A program made the translations under genes and the position numbers. DNA of 61,370 nt, the filler included. It is 13 parts of 13 records of this genome, joined end to end, with 100 filler letters (N's around TTAATTAATTAA, not from the genome) between each part and the next. Parts side by side here need not be neighbours in the genome. Positions count along the whole stretch, not along the records: positions 1 to 4,269 come from SRR15195285_967; positions 4,370 to 9,530 come from SRR15195285_968; positions 9,631 to 14,473 come from SRR15195285_977; 10 more parts are not named here. One strand, written 5' to 3'. The notes under the pieces were generated by a model. It saw only the letters and a program-made list of their open reading frames with translations, made no database searches and was not told where the DNA came from. Below are positions 1 through 12,420 of the stretch, one piece after another. How positions within the stretch are numbered: the stretch's first letter is position 1; each line of letters starts with the position of its first letter.

Positions 1-252
1 GAGCTGGTGCGCGGCGCTGCACCAGGGCGTTGCCAAGTCCGAGACCGAAAGAAAGCACTGAAGGCTGCAAAGAAGGGCGAGCGGCGAGCGCAGGCAGAGG
101 AGGACGATGGAGATTCCGCAGATGAAGCTTTCGATTTCGATACTGGCTTTGGCCAGCAGGGAGTCGACGGCAGCGATGAAGAAGGCGCGGCAGACGGAAC
201 AGTAGAAATGGACGAAGAGGATGATTACGGATTTGACAGCGACGACATGTGA
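1..252 (+). CDS. 3' end of an unidentified gene, basic then highly acidic C-terminal tail (5' partial)
   Basis: Open frame from the window start: ...RDRKKALKAAKKGERR...EEDDGDSADE...DEEDDYGFDSDDM*, TGA at 250-252. Convergent with Lon. Confidence 0.55.
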   Translation, partial: ELVRGAAPGRCQVRDRKKALKAAKKGERRAQAEEDDGDSADEAFDFDTGFGQQGVDGSDEEGAADGTVEMDEEDDYGFDSDDM

Positions 253-379
253 AGTGCTGGGCCTGGGTGTATACATTTAAGCTCATGCGTTGCGTCTACT
301 CTTCAGAACCGATCTCAACAACCACAACGTTGCCCACCATCTCATATTGTACAGTATCTCCCCCCTGGCCCAGTTGTTG

Positions 380-3300
380 TCATGACTTATTTACGTCGAT
401 GTTGGGGAAACAGATGGCAAAGACCTCGTCGTAGTCCTGGACGAAGTGACAAGTAAGGCTGTCCCTCTGAAGCAGCACAGTTGCACCCAATTGCAGCATT
501 TTACACGCTATCAGTTGTGTACAGCCATAGCACACGAAAACGCTGTGTACGGGTCGGAGAGCAGCTGTTCTGGGTCTGCGCACCAGTGAATCCGGCAGCT
601 CTTCCCAGTCCTTTCGGTTCGTATGCGGCAAGATGATCTGTTCAACTGCCGACCGACGCGCTGCAATCACCTTTTCTTTTACCCCACCAATTTTCAACAC
701 TTTGCCAGTCAAGCTCAGCTCGCCCGTCATCGCAACGTTGTTGGCCACTGGTTCATTCATAGCCAGTGAAAGCAACGCTGTTGCCATAGTAATCCCTGAC
801 AACCCAGCACACGAGTCAGTAGTGTTGCTGCTGCGTGGACAGCAGCAACACACCAGTCCAACCATAGCCCGGCTGTCAGCAAGCTCCGCAGGCAATGCTC
901 ACCAGCAGATGGACCATCCTTTGGGGTTGCTCCCTCCGGCACATGCAACTGCAGGTCATCACTCTGCAATGTCACGTTGTCTTTTGCAAGTTTGTTCAAG
1001 AACCGGGTCGAGAAAGAGTGCGCGATGCTCAATGACTCGTTCATCACGTCGCCGAGCTGGCCAGTACTTCGAACTCGCCCGACCGCCAGCTCAGTTTCTT
1101 TGCCATCAGCCATACGCGGTCCACCGTTCACGTTCGCACATTCCACATACAGAGTGGAACCTCCCATCGATGTCCAAGCCAGACCCATCACAACACCTGC
1201 CCCAGAGTATAGTGAGTGAGGGACTTCGAAAAGATGATGCAAGCTAAGGCAGCAGATGCTTGGGCGTACCGGGTGGTGTGTTCGCATACATGAGGTCAGT
1301 TGAGTGCACCGGCTTGCCTACTAGCTCTACCAAGGAACTCGAGCTCACGACCTCTGGAGTTGCTGCTTCCCCACGGACAACTTTCAATGCAACCTTTCGC
1401 AATATCTTTTCAATGTGCTGACCCAAGTTCCGAACACCAGCCTCACGGCAGTAACCAGTTATCAGTTCCCTCATCGCCGATTCTTTCAGCACTACCTGAT
1501 CCTGCGTCAAACCGGAAGCCTCTCGTGCAGTTGGGACTAGATAGCGGTCAGCGATCGACACTTTCTCGTCCAAAATGTATCCAGACAGCCGGATCACTTC
1601 CATACGGTCGCGAAGCGGCCCTGGAATTGTGTCAAGCAAATTTGCGGTGCATAGAAAAAGCACTTTTGACAAGTCGATCTCCAAGTCTAAATAGTGATCG
1701 ACAAAGTTTGCGTTCTGCTCCGGGTCCAGCAGCTCAAGCAGTGCTGACGCTGGATCGCCGTTGTGAGCCGAGCCCATTTTGTCAATCTCATCGATCAGAA
1801 CAACCGGATTCATGCTTTCGGTTTTCTTCAGAGCCTGAACTAGTTTCCCAGGCATGGCGCCCACATATGTTCTACGATGACCCTTGATCTCTGCCACGTC
1901 GGTAAGCCCGCCCACAGAAAAACGGAAAAAGTCTCGCCCCAGTGCACGGGCGATGGATTTCCCGATGGAGGTTTTCCCAACTCCAGGTGGTCCAACCATA
2001 CAGATGACTTTGCCATCGACCTGGCCGCAAAGCGCCCCGACGGCAATAAATTCGAGAATTCGTTCCTTTACGTCTTCAAGGCCGTAGTGATCCTCGTCCA
2101 GGATTACCTGTGCGGCAGCAGGATCAAGTGTTTCCTTCCGCATTTCTCCCCACGGTATGATCGATAACCAATCTAGATAGCTCCTGCAGAGCAGCACTCG
2201 ATGGTCAGCATAACAACCACAGATGCAATCTAAGCACCTCAAGATATATGCAATACCGTGTCACGTTGAACTCAGATGAGGCCGTCTCTAACGTGTTCAG
2301 CTTGGCTATTTCTTCGTCAATGACTTTTTGAATCGCCTCTGGTACTGTGCGTGCTGACAGGCGCTCCTGGAACTTCGTAATCAATGCCTCCTTATCGTCC
2401 TGTGGCAAGCACATGCTCAAAAGAACGGAGACGCAAGCGAGGATAGATGCAAGTACTATATATCTCGGAGTACCTTTTCAATGCCCAGCTCACGCTTAAT
2501 TTGCTTGAGCTGCTCGTTCAGGAAGTACTTTCGCTGGTTCACTGAGATTTTTTCTTCGACCTCTTTTGCCAGTTCCTTCTGAAGCTCCATCATTCGTAGC
2601 TCTTTCTTCAGCATTACGAGCGTCAGAGAAAGCCGTTCGTACATGTTCAGCTCCTCCAGGATTTCTTGAAGATCAGCACCCTCTGCAGACGACAATCCAG
2701 CGAGAAAATCGCACAACCTTGCAACGTCTGATGGAAGATCATTCGACCAGTTCATTAGCAGATTGTCCTTCAAAACATCAGACACTCGACAGTCAGTAGT
2801 TGTAGCTCACGATGGCGAGCGATGTTCCTATTTGACCTATATTGACTGTACGGTACGGAGCCAAATGAGGGTGACGTCTAGTCAATACCTTGTACAGAGT
2901 GTTAAGCTTCAGCATGTCACGCATAGTGAGCATGATTTCATTCGTGTAGGCTTTCACGTCATCTGATGTTTGGTCATATTCCAGATGTTGGTTGTCGAAG
3001 TGCTCCACGTTGACCTGTTCTCGTGACACGTGCGAGGTCAAACTTGCCACTTACGTGAGGTGTGCGTGCGCGCGTGCGTGTGCGACTACAGCAAACTGAC
3101 CTTGAAAACAGGTTCATCTTCCGCCACCCCTGTGACCCGTATGCGTCGGTGAGCTCGGAGCAGCAGCAGCATACCACCGTCGTTGTTGGGTTCAGGTTCC
3201 ATTCTCTCGATGGATGCCAGCATGCCCATCGGGTGTATCTGATCGACATCGGTGATGATGTCTGGAGAATTGCCCTGGGTGGTGAAGAATGCCCCAACGT

Positions 3301-3949
3301 ATGCGTGACCAGCGGATTGCAGTGCGGCGAGCGCTTTCGGGATGATGGAGTTGTCGGTGATCGAGACGGGCTGAACAGTTCCGGGGAACATGGGACGTCT
3401 CAACAGTGGCAGCGGGATCACCTCCTTCAGGAAAGGCGCGTTGGTGCTCTTTGCCTGCAGCTCTCTTCCAGGAGGTTCTGAGACGCCACCCCCATTCTCG
3501 AGGTCGGCAATGGCGCGCTCTATGTCTTGTTGAGCTCCGTCACCGCCGGTCTCAGCAACGGTACGGTTGCGCCAAGCTGTTTCCTCGTCGACGACATCGT
3601 CTACAGCCTCTCCATCCTCGTGTGGGAGTTGCGCACCGTCCTCGTCATTACCGCCGCTACTATCGTTATCGTCGCTGTCATCGCTGTCGTCGCCTCTGCT
3701 GCTGCCAACTGCGAGACCACGACGCTGCCCTGAGGTAGCATTGCTGCCGGGATGCACCAAGGACACTGCGCTGCCGCTGCGGCCAATTGCGCCCCGACCG
3801 ACACACGCACCAGCAGGCGCCACGTGGCGCCACGACACCTTGGACTGCCGCCCCAGACTGCCTGCGCAGACAGTCCGTACGTGGGCGTGCTTGCCGCACG
3901 GGCGCAACACCACACCTGGCACCGCGAATCGGTGTAGCACAGGCCTCAT
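380..3949 (-). CDS. LONP1: Mitochondrial ATP-dependent Lon protease, multi-exon
   Basis: Lon N-domain ([11 protein letters not shown]), Walker [21 protein letters not shown], Walker [37 protein letters not shown], catalytic Ser in PKDGPSAG and Lys in IGGVKEK. These are spread over successive minus-strand ORFs separated by GT-AG introns. Arg/Ala-rich presequence starts at ATG 3949. Confidence 0.95.
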
Positions 3950-4269
3950 ACACGCTGAGCGAATGCAGCCGCCCAGCCTGCTTGCCACCGCCCCTGCTGC
4001 TGCTCCCTCTCTGTGCCGATCCCCTGCCAGCGTCACCCCGCCTCCACAGCGTCCACCATCCGCTCCCTCTGGCGCAGCTGACGCTGTGTGTACACCTGTA
4101 CGCGTCCGTCACAGTCACAGCGAGGGCTTGCTGGCGGCGTCGGGACGCGCAAGCAAGCAGCGGTCACCCGCCGCTCATTCGACTCATCACCCGGCCGGGG
4201 TTGCAAACTCCAAACTGGTTGGGTGGCACCGCTCCATCTGACCCTTCCGTTCAACGCGCCGGAGTGAAT

Positions 4270-4369
4270 NNNNNNNNNNNNNNNNNNNNNNNNNNNNNNN
4301 NNNNNNNNNNNNNTTAATTAATTAANNNNNNNNNNNNNNNNNNNNNNNNNNNNNNNNNNNNNNNNNNNN
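4270..4369. other. Artificial contig spacer (N44-TTAATTAATTAA-N44); 12 in total
   Basis: Identical 100-nt linkers with stops in all frames at 4270-4369, 9531-9630, 14474-14573, 22312-22411, 25742-25841, 29336-29435, 34396-34495, 40174-40273, 44921-45020, 48843-48942, 53735-53834, 57751-57850. Confidence 0.99.
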
Positions 4370-4395
4370 AAAGGGCATACGGCCGTATGCCCTTT
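4370..4395. repeat. Perfect 26-bp palindrome, copy 1 of the AAAGGGCATA palindromic family
   Basis: AAAGGGCATACGGCCGTATGCCCTTT equals its own reverse complement and sits at the very start of contig 2. Confidence 0.9.
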
Positions 4396-4782
4396 TACAC
4401 TGCAGTGTGTGTAATCAGTAATGGTGAGCACTTTTTTTAAAAAAAAGTTAGAGAAAGTGAGCACCGGCCGGCGACCTTCTTGCTTCTAACCTGGGCTCTG
4501 TCGACTCTGTCGATCCCGACGGGATCGGACGACGACGACGATCATCTGCTGTTCTGCTCAGTTCGACTCCCGGGCTGGCGGCGGCCGTTTTCTGGCTGGG
4601 AGGGAGGCCTTAGGCTGGTGGGAGACGAAGGCAGCGCTGCGTAGTGGCTGGTGTGTGTTGTACTGTTGTTGCGCAGGGCTGGGCTGGGACGTGTCCGCAT
4701 GCTGGCAGTCAGGTGAGGAAGTCCTGAGTGTGGCACGCACCTCCGATCCGTCCGTCACACTGGCGGCGGCTGTCAGGTCGTG

Positions 4783-6390
4783 ATGATCGCGGCGGGTGTG
4801 CTGCTGAAGAAGAAGAAGGAGGACGCGGCCTTGGCGACGTTCGCGCGGACGGAATTTGACTCTGGGCAGGTGCGTGATGATAAGAGGCATGTGGAGACAG
4901 TGGTTAAGGCCAGGACCAAATGGATGACCACGAGACACGTCGCCATGGAGAAGCTCGGGAGCAACAAAACTCTAGATTATGACGCAAACATTCTGGAGGG
5001 CATGGGCCACGAGCAAATGATCCGTACGTGTAAAAGCTACCACCTGAACTCAAGTGGCACGACGGAAGAGGTGAGAAAAAGGCTGGCAGATCTGATGATG
5101 CGCGAGCGGCTGCGGTCGAATGCATACAAGAAGAGACAAGCAACCGAAGCGGGAGAGAAGGCGTCGCAAAATGCCGATGCAATCATCCAGCAGTTCGAGA
5201 TGGAGTCGATAATGCACCAGGAGGAGTTCGCGGGGCTTCACGGCCTCGATTCGGAGGAGCAGGAGGCCTTGAGTAAGATGGAAATCAAAAAGAGTCTTGG
5301 GAGCGTCATGAACAGCTCCACGCAAACAAGAAAGGCGCTTGCTGAGCTGCAGGCGTGGCACGATTCATTCGAGCCTATCGAGCCACCGTCGGCCCACCTG
5401 ACGACAATCGAGCAGGCACTAGCCGGTATGCAGCCGCAGGACTGGATGGAGATGAAGGAGCGCGGGCACGAGGGCAAGACTGCGGTGGACACGAAGGTGA
5501 TGGATGCGATCGACGATATACGGCGTAATGCAGCGCGTTTAACGGACCTTGAGCGGCTCATCGCAGAGGCGAAGAAGGACCACGCCGAAAATTCTCGCAA
5601 GCTCTCTGCCCTGAAGCATCAGCACCAGCGGCTCCAGAGTGAGTACGAGCGCAAGACGGAGGAGAAAGACAGCAAGCAAGCGGCTGTCGCGCGCGCGAAG
5701 CACGAAGCTAAGGGCCTCAAAGTAGAGTCGCAAGACGAGGAGGCCGACTGGGCGAACGAGGAACGAAAGCTGGAGAAAGCGGAGGCTCTGCTCCAGGCGC
5801 AGGTCGATGAACTGAAGGAGCGCTACGAGAAAGAGATCGACGCTTTGCATCGAAAACACGAGGAGATCGAGAAGCATGAGGCCGATCTGAACCGCAAGAA
5901 GAACGAGAAGCTGATGCAGATGCAGGCAGAGGTGGACAAACAGTTCGAGGAGCGCAAAGTAGCGAAGCTGGAAGAAATGCTGAAACAGGCGCTGGCGAAA
6001 GAGGAGGCAGACGTCGTAGCTTTGCGAAAGGAGATCGATGCCGAGGAAGCGAAAATTGCTGACCTGACTCAGAAGATTAAAGACAAGGTAGCGTCGAAGC
6101 TCGCTCTACAGGGAGAGATTTTGCGCCTCACCCAGCAGGCGGCAGAGGCGCTTGAAGCGGCAGAAGACTCAGAGCGAGCTGCAAAACGCGACCGTGAGAT
6201 GTACAAGGAGCTTGAGCAAGAGCGTGCAGAGTTCGAGTGGTATATGAAGCACATTGCACCAACGGCTGGGCATCCTCCGGAAGAGAAGGAGTGCCAGGCA
6301 GGTAGCGACGACAAGTTCGACGAGCCGATGATAGATGGAGGAGCACAGGTTGAACAAGCTCGGCTTCATTTCGTCGAACCTAGGGGCTAA
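4783..6390 (+). CDS. Long coiled-coil protein with an N-terminal SAP-like motif
   Basis: 535-aa ORF with E/K/A-rich heptads. LEGMGHEQMIRTCKSYHLNSSGTTEEVRKRLADLM resembles the SAP consensus. Start uncertain, since an upstream exon is possible. Confidence 0.75.
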   Translation: MIAAGVLLKKKKEDAALATFARTEFDSGQVRDDKRHVETVVKARTKWMTTRHVAMEKLGSNKTLDYDANILEGMGHEQMIRTCKSYHLNSSGTTEEVRKRLADLMMRERLRSNAYKKRQATEAGEKASQNADAIIQQFEMESIMHQEEFAGLHGLDSEEQEALSKMEIKKSLGSVMNSSTQTRKALAELQAWHDSFEPIEPPSAHLTTIEQALAGMQPQDWMEMKERGHEGKTAVDTKVMDAIDDIRRNAARLTDLERLIAEAKKDHAENSRKLSALKHQHQRLQSEYERKTEEKDSKQAAVARAKHEAKGLKVESQDEEADWANEERKLEKAEALLQAQVDELKERYEKEIDALHRKHEEIEKHEADLNRKKNEKLMQMQAEVDKQFEERKVAKLEEMLKQALAKEEADVVALRKEIDAEEAKIADLTQKIKDKVASKLALQGEILRLTQQAAEALEAAEDSERAAKRDREMYKELEQERAEFEWYMKHIAPTAGHPPEEKECQAGSDDKFDEPMIDGGAQVEQARLHFVEPRG

Positions 6391-6493
6391 GCTTGAGCAT
6401 TCAATCGCTGCGCCGCCGTGGTTCTGTTACTATCTCGATGATACCAAGGGGCTCTGCAATTGAATGAAAAAGAAGAAAAGTTCTGAATTCTCC

Positions 6494-9287
6494 TCACGCA
6501 CACGCTGGCGGAGGCAGCAGGCCGACCAGCACGACCGACATCCCAACAGACACCGTGCCACCAACTAAGCCCGCTCCCCAGTTTTCCACACTGTCCTCTG
6601 TCACTTCCTCCGGATCGCGCTCCACCGCAGCGCGCTCGAGCTCTTTGTAGTACGAGTCCGATACGTCTGATAGTACAAGCTCCATCACGATCCGTTGGGC
6701 ACTTAGGAGCACGGCACTGCCAAGCACTGCCCAGATGCATAATGGCAGCGCCTCGTCCAGTGTAGGCAAAAGGGGCTCATCAGCGGGACCTTGCACTCCA
6801 CAGCTGGTACGGCTGCTGCGGTAAGCGTCCATCAGCAGTAGTACCCAAGCAATCAGGTGGAGGCACCAGTTCAGGCTCTGACCCACACTCTGGCCGGGCC
6901 CAGGTGCGTGAGAAGCTCTCAGCATCAGCTCTCTTCTCCGTTTGGCTTCACGCTTTTCAGCCTTGGAGCGCTTGCCGCACCTCATACTAAAGCCACAGCA
7001 GCGGCCATCATTGTCACTGGCAGACACAGGCCCACTACGTCGTCTTCGCTCCCGGAGGGCCGTCACTGCACCGAATATGCACACCAGCAACTCGCCAACA
7101 GCAAAACACAGCCAGCCACCTGCGACCTCTCGTGGTGCCAGTCCTCTGCCCGCGCAGCCTGCGGCGATGACAAGCGATGACACGATGTGCATGCCAGCCT
7201 CCATCACACCATACGCGCGGTCGTCGTTACGCAATCGCTCGACAGCTTTCAGTCGCACTCCAGTGGAACCGTCGTGATCCTCATCATCTGAGTCCGAATC
7301 GGGCAGGTGCCAGCTAATGACTGCCAGGTGCACATGATGCGCCACAACCATCATCGCACAGCTTAGGCCTGTCCAGGCCAGCTGCGGCATTGCCGTGACC
7401 CATAACTCCACTAGTGAGCTACTGGCATTCTGCCAGTTCAGCACAATTGCCTCTGTTTTGGCGCCTGATGTGTTGTGCAGAGCGGCACTCAGCCGTGGCC
7501 CAAGCGGCGTCACTCTGGGGGCAGGACCGAGAGTTGCGGCCAAGATGTTGCCCATTGCCACTGTATAGCCCGCAAACGATATACTCACCGCATGAAGGCT
7601 GCCATTGGTAACGCTACCTACAACCTGTAGCGCGCTTCTGAAGCCGCAGACATCATTGCAGCTCTTGGTTTTCTTGCCATGCCGTTTCTTCTTGGCGGAG
7701 CTGATACAACGCAGTGGAAGCTGATAGAAAGTTCGAGTGGTCAGCACACAGAGTAGCGCAAGCAACAGGGCTACGCCTGTGTCAGGAGTGAACACTGCTG
7801 CGCCCTGCTCCGTCTGCAGGCTCTCCTGTTCCAGCACGACGAGCTCTGACGGGAGATCAAATAGTGGAGTGTCAACTGTCCTGTTTTGGTGTACGTCTGA
7901 CGCCACATTCGCAGCTGTGTAGGCAGTAGAAGCGCCACAGCCTCGTCTTGGAATCAGCCCAGCGATGGCAAGGCCAGACGCAAGAATCATCGCACTGACC
8001 ACAAGACCATATCCCCAGTTGTGTTGTTCAGCCATTTTCTTGAAGCTGTGTTTTGTCGAAAATCCAGATGACAAATGCTTCGCAAGCACTGCGACAATCA
8101 GCAGAAGCACCAGACAACCAGCCCCCGCCCACACTGCGAGATGCAACAACTCCACTGATGCTGCAGCTGCTTTGCCCAGAATCTTAGAATAGCTGATCAA
8201 GCACGCTCCATACAGCAGTGCTTTGACAGGATTCCCACGTTTGAGCCGCTGGGCTCCCAGAATTGGGCCACCGAGAGGGAGCCTGTACCTTTCCTGCACC
8301 TTCTCGGTAACAAACGCGTCCACAGACCTTCCTTCGAAGTGAATCACGTTCAGCACGAAACTGAATATCACGAGAGCACCCACCATGCAGAGTATTGCAA
8401 TGCTGGCAGCAATGTTTTGCTCAACAAAGCTCAACGGCGGCTCCGTTTTGCTCTGGGCGCGTGGAGGTAGGGCGCCGCTGACGATTACCCCAGCCGCCAG
8501 AATAGCAACGGAATCCGTGATCCCTGCTGATACATTACCGTCAATCCCAGCTGAACAGATTAGGTGTAGCGGGTGTGGACATAGGCAACGGCGTAGCGCT
8601 AGATTCGCGAGCGCGAGCAGCAACAGCCCGTGAACGACCCAAAAGCAGCATAGGCCGAGATCGTCGAGCCTGGTCTCATAACCACCATCATCGGTCCAGC
8701 TCGCCAGCCACGGATGGCTACTCCCATCGCCCAATGTAGAGCTGCTGTTCGCAGCCGAAGATATCGCGCCGGCACCCCAATGGGCACGGGCGAATGCCTG
8801 TGCCACACAGCACGAGTTATGCGTCATGAGCGGCGGCAGTGTGTGCACATTGAGAAACTGATGGGCTTACCGTGTGGACGACAAGACTCGCCGATAGAAT
8901 CGCCGCGGCGAAGCACAGCTGCAAGGCTGGCTGGGCTAGGTGCCGAACGTCTCTGCTTGAGTGACCTTCGACCTCTAGCATCGACGAGACGCTGTCTCGC
9001 GAGACGCTGTCTCGGGACACGCCATGGTGTTTGCCGCGCCGCTTCCTACGGCTTCCGTGAACGCGCCCGCCGTCTTCGTCATCGCTGCCAGCGCATCCAC
9101 AACAACCCGCGACGAACGACTGGAAACACCCGTTGCCATCATTGGAGCGCAGCTCAACTTCATAGAGCCGCCGGAACAGCGAATCGCTGACTCCCAGCGC
9201 TGCGATGGAGAGCAGCACCTTAGGGCAGTTCGACCAGTCCATGAGCAGGCCAACCGACAACGCCTCCTCGCCGGTCGTGGAGTTCAT
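6494..9287 (-). CDS. Polytopic membrane protein with repeated DUF350-like helical hairpins (2 exons)
   Basis: ORFs 8817-9287 and 6494-8848 are joined by a GTAAG...CACAG intron (about 8871-8799). Repeated motifs: NPVKALLYGACLIS, NWGYGLVVSAMILASG, AVSISFAGYTVAMG, AYGVMEAGMHIVSS, NWGAGLVGGTVSVG. Confidence 0.65.
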
Positions 9288-9632
9288 CGCAGCAGCCCTC
9301 CCCTCCCCTCCTACCCGCCAGATCTCGAGACAGCGCTACTGGCGCTGGAGTCCCCACCGGCTCGCTCGTCGAGGCTGCAACGCGGCACCACACTGTGCGC
9401 GCAGCAGCAAAGAGCTCCTTGACAAGCGCCAGCCCGAGCCACGCCAGGTCGAGCCACGCACGGCAGGTGCGGCGCTCTGCTACCGCCGGCCTACGAGTGT
9501 TATCCGTCACTCGAGGAAATCCGTCACTCGNNNNNNNNNNNNNNNNNNNNNNNNNNNNNNNNNNNNNNNNNNNNTTAATTAATTAANNNNNNNNNNNNNN
9601 NNNNNNNNNNNNNNNNNNNNNNNNNNNNNNCA

Positions 9633-9917
9633 ACGCAGACCTTCTCGTACACCATCTCCACAGATCATGAGATCAGGGCGACTATAGCACCCGCGGTCTC
9701 GACCGGGGGCTTCGTCTTGCCGAGCGCGAAGGTGCTGCACTCAATCGAGTTCAGAGGGCGACATGCACCGAGTGTTGCGACAATGGGCGGTGCTGCAATG
9801 AGCTGCACGCTCTCACAAGAGCATTCGGTCACCCGGCCAGCCGGCACTGTGATTTGTGAAGGCCCCACTCGGTATGGGCTCGCCCAATCGATAGACGTCG
9901 TCCTTCGTTTCGATTGA
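9633..9917 (+). CDS. 3' end of an unidentified gene (beta-rich C-terminus), 5' partial
   Basis: Open frame from the contig start: TQTFSYTISTDHEIRATIAP...SIDVVLRFD*. Convergent with the MFS gene. Confidence 0.4.
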   Translation, partial: TQTFSYTISTDHEIRATIAPAVSTGGFVLPSAKVLHSIEFRGRHAPSVATMGGAAMSCTLSQEHSVTRPAGTVICEGPTRYGLAQSIDVVLRFD

Positions 9918-10060
9918 AGGGTGACCGCGGTGCTTGGGGCACACGGCACGACATGAACATCGTAGCAATCCTACTTGCTGAAAAGCGTGATGAATGATGT
10001 GAGTTCAAACATGCCTTGGAAGATCTAGACGAACGCATTTCATCGCATCATGGCGTCTAA

Positions 10061-11618
10061 TCACGCAAGCTTGTCCTTTTTGCCGTGGAAGGCGTCCCGT
10101 TCACTAGCTAGCACTGTCCTAGAAACGAGCACCAGGACACACAGCAGAGCTGCTCCGGTGGCACATGCAAGTAGTGTAGCAGTCGCCCCGCCAAGATGCA
10201 ACACCCATGAGGCCCCGACGGGCGCAAGCACTTTTGCACCTGCATCGACGGCGCTGAACCAGCCGAGAATCTCACCTCGCTGACTGGGCGGCACGGCGGC
10301 AAGCGGCACCGCCTTGCATTGCACACCACACAGAAGACAAAGCCACAGGAATATCAATTGGGACACCTCAGCGATGCGTCAATCTATACCCGACTAAAAG
10401 GCACCGTGGGCAACGCGAGCAAAATTGCAAAAAGGGAAGCAAGAGGAGGAGCCGCGGGGTAGCAGATGCTTTGTCACCTGAAGAAGTGTCCGACACACGT
10501 TTGTGGTGATCGTCAGCGGCATCTGAGTGAAGGCCAATAACGCCGAAGACGACGTATGCAACGCCGTCGCGGACAGCAAGTAACTCATCGCCAATCCCAA
10601 AGCGGCAGCCATCAGCAAGTCGTTGCTCGCCCATCGCTTGCTGGCGAGCAACGGGACGAGACCCATCGAGTTCGCGAACATCGCCACAACACCCTTGTAA
10701 GAGAGAAAGGCCCCAATCCAGCCTTCAGACATATTCATGCGATCTTTCACCGCAAGGGCAAACGTTTCACGCTGCCCAGTGGCGCAGCTGCTGAAGAGCA
10801 GCCTCATGACAACCAAAATTCCTAGGGCCGCTATCGACAGCGTCTGTTCGCCATCGCCCGCCTGATCGCTGTCATCATTCTTCTTCTTGTCCATAGTCGA
10901 GTGCTGGCCTCGCTGCCGCCCAGAAGCAGATTGCTCCGGGTCACGCGATGCGTTATGGATCGGTACCAACCCCACGAAGACAATAACTGCGGCCAGCACG
11001 TACGCTAAACTCGCAAGACGCGCAGCTGAGGAAAATGACAGTTGGCCACCGAACCCGGAGCCGATGGCCAGGCCGATGCCCACAGCCGAGTTTATATGAG
11101 CAAAGTGCCGGGTGTTGCCCCCACTATTGCCCCCAGCTGCCTCATCGACGTCAGCACACGCCTGGACACCGACAGCACGTGTCAGCCCCGCGCCAGGTTC
11201 GGTGGCTGGATCCGACAAGCTGCTACCGTACTGTGAAACTGCGAAGCAGAGCGGCAGTGCGGCGACGTACCGCACGGAGCTGGTTCAGCGTGTGCGCAAA
11301 GAGTCCTGCCGGCACACGGCTGAGCAGAAACATCGTGGGTTCATCCGCCTGCACGGCCACCTCCGAGCCCAGTGCTGAGGCGAGCAGGCCCAGGATCAGT
11401 ATCCAGCGACGGTCGGCGACTCGGTCAGAGTACCGGCCGACAATGGGGCCCGCCACAAGCTGCAGCGCGCCCACGAACCCAGACAGCATACCGACTGTCT
11501 TTGCGTCCCCGCCCAGCTGAAGGACTCGTCCGGGCGTCAGAGCGAAGGTGAGCGAGGACGCAGCCATGTCGACGAGCGCTACGCTGTACAGCAGCGCGAA
11601 AGTGCGATGCTCGGGCAT
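10061..11618 (-). CDS. Major facilitator superfamily transporter (TetA/SLC22A18-like), 3 exons
   Basis: MFS motif A-like GPIVGRYSDRVADRR, FLLSRVPAGLF, AVGIGLAIGSGFGG and QRGEILGWFSAVDAGAKVLAP. Frame changes coincide with GT-AG introns (e.g. GTACGT...CACAG near 11270-11231). Confidence 0.85.
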
Positions 11619-11999
11619 GGAGTCCGATGCGCGCTCGAGCGCTTGCTCGCCGTCTCTGGCCAGCTGCGCTGCTCCAGCAGAACACGATCCCGACGTTGCA
11701 GCTGCGCTTGGCGGTGGGCTGCGACGTGTCGCACACCAACGCCTCCCGCTGCGCGCTTTGCTGGACGCGCGATGCGAGCGAGAATAAGTGGCCCTAGGAA
11801 CCTAGGACTAGTGGGTGTGCGTGGGCGGCATGCAGCGACGACACAGGGCGCCCGCGGCCGCGCGAGACAAAACACAACATCAACAACGCGATGACCGATG
11901 TGTACGACGGTATCCGGACCACTGGCACTGCCGGCGGGTGGCCGGGTGCCTGCAAGTACCTAGTACAGCTGGCGTCACCAGCTCACCACCCCCCTGTAC

Positions 12000-12420
12000 A
12001 CACGGTACTAGATCTACATACTAGCTAGTACCTAGTAGTATCGAGTATCGGGTAGGATTGAATCCCTACAGCTGTACTCGGTACAGCTGATCTATCTCTC
12101 GATGAGATCTATTGTCATCAATACTCATCCAGCCCGGTAGGATCCTACAGTACGGCGGCAGGAATTCCTGTGCGTCTCAAATCTGAGGCCGAGGATTCCT
12201 ACAGTAGGGCCATCCAGCACTGTAAGATTCATGACTATCAATAGGAATCCCCGTGCTAGTATAGTAGGATCCTGCTAAACGCAAAACGGTATCAATATTG
12301 ACTTCTCTTCGATGAGAGTCCGGACTGTCACTGTGTTCCAGCGGTACGGTCTACCCACCCGGACACAGCTGTACTCGGTAGGAAAAATGCCCGGAACCCC
12401 GAACGGGGTTTTTTCTGGAC
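12000..12420. promoter_or_regulatory. Divergent intergenic region rich in short palindromes and hairpins
   Basis: Lies between the MFS (-) and Cys-rich (+) genes. Contains CAGCTGTAC-TCG-GTACAGCTG, GTAGGATCCTAC variants and AACCCCG-AA-CGGGGTT followed by T-run. Confidence 0.45.

Noticed and set aside
380-3949. Frame changes in Lon, MFS and PTH2 as pseudogenisation or recoding
   Set aside because: The ones checked are explained by canonical GT-AG introns.
4314-4325. TTAATTAATTAA palindrome recurring 12 times
   Set aside because: Always centred in identical N runs, so it is an artificial all-frame-stop linker and not biology. ORFs running through X residues are likewise artefacts.
12391-12418. 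Hairpin plus T-run as a rho-independent terminator or ncRNA end
   Set aside because: Eukaryotic DNA, and no recognisable tRNA, snRNA or Pol III A/B box upstream.
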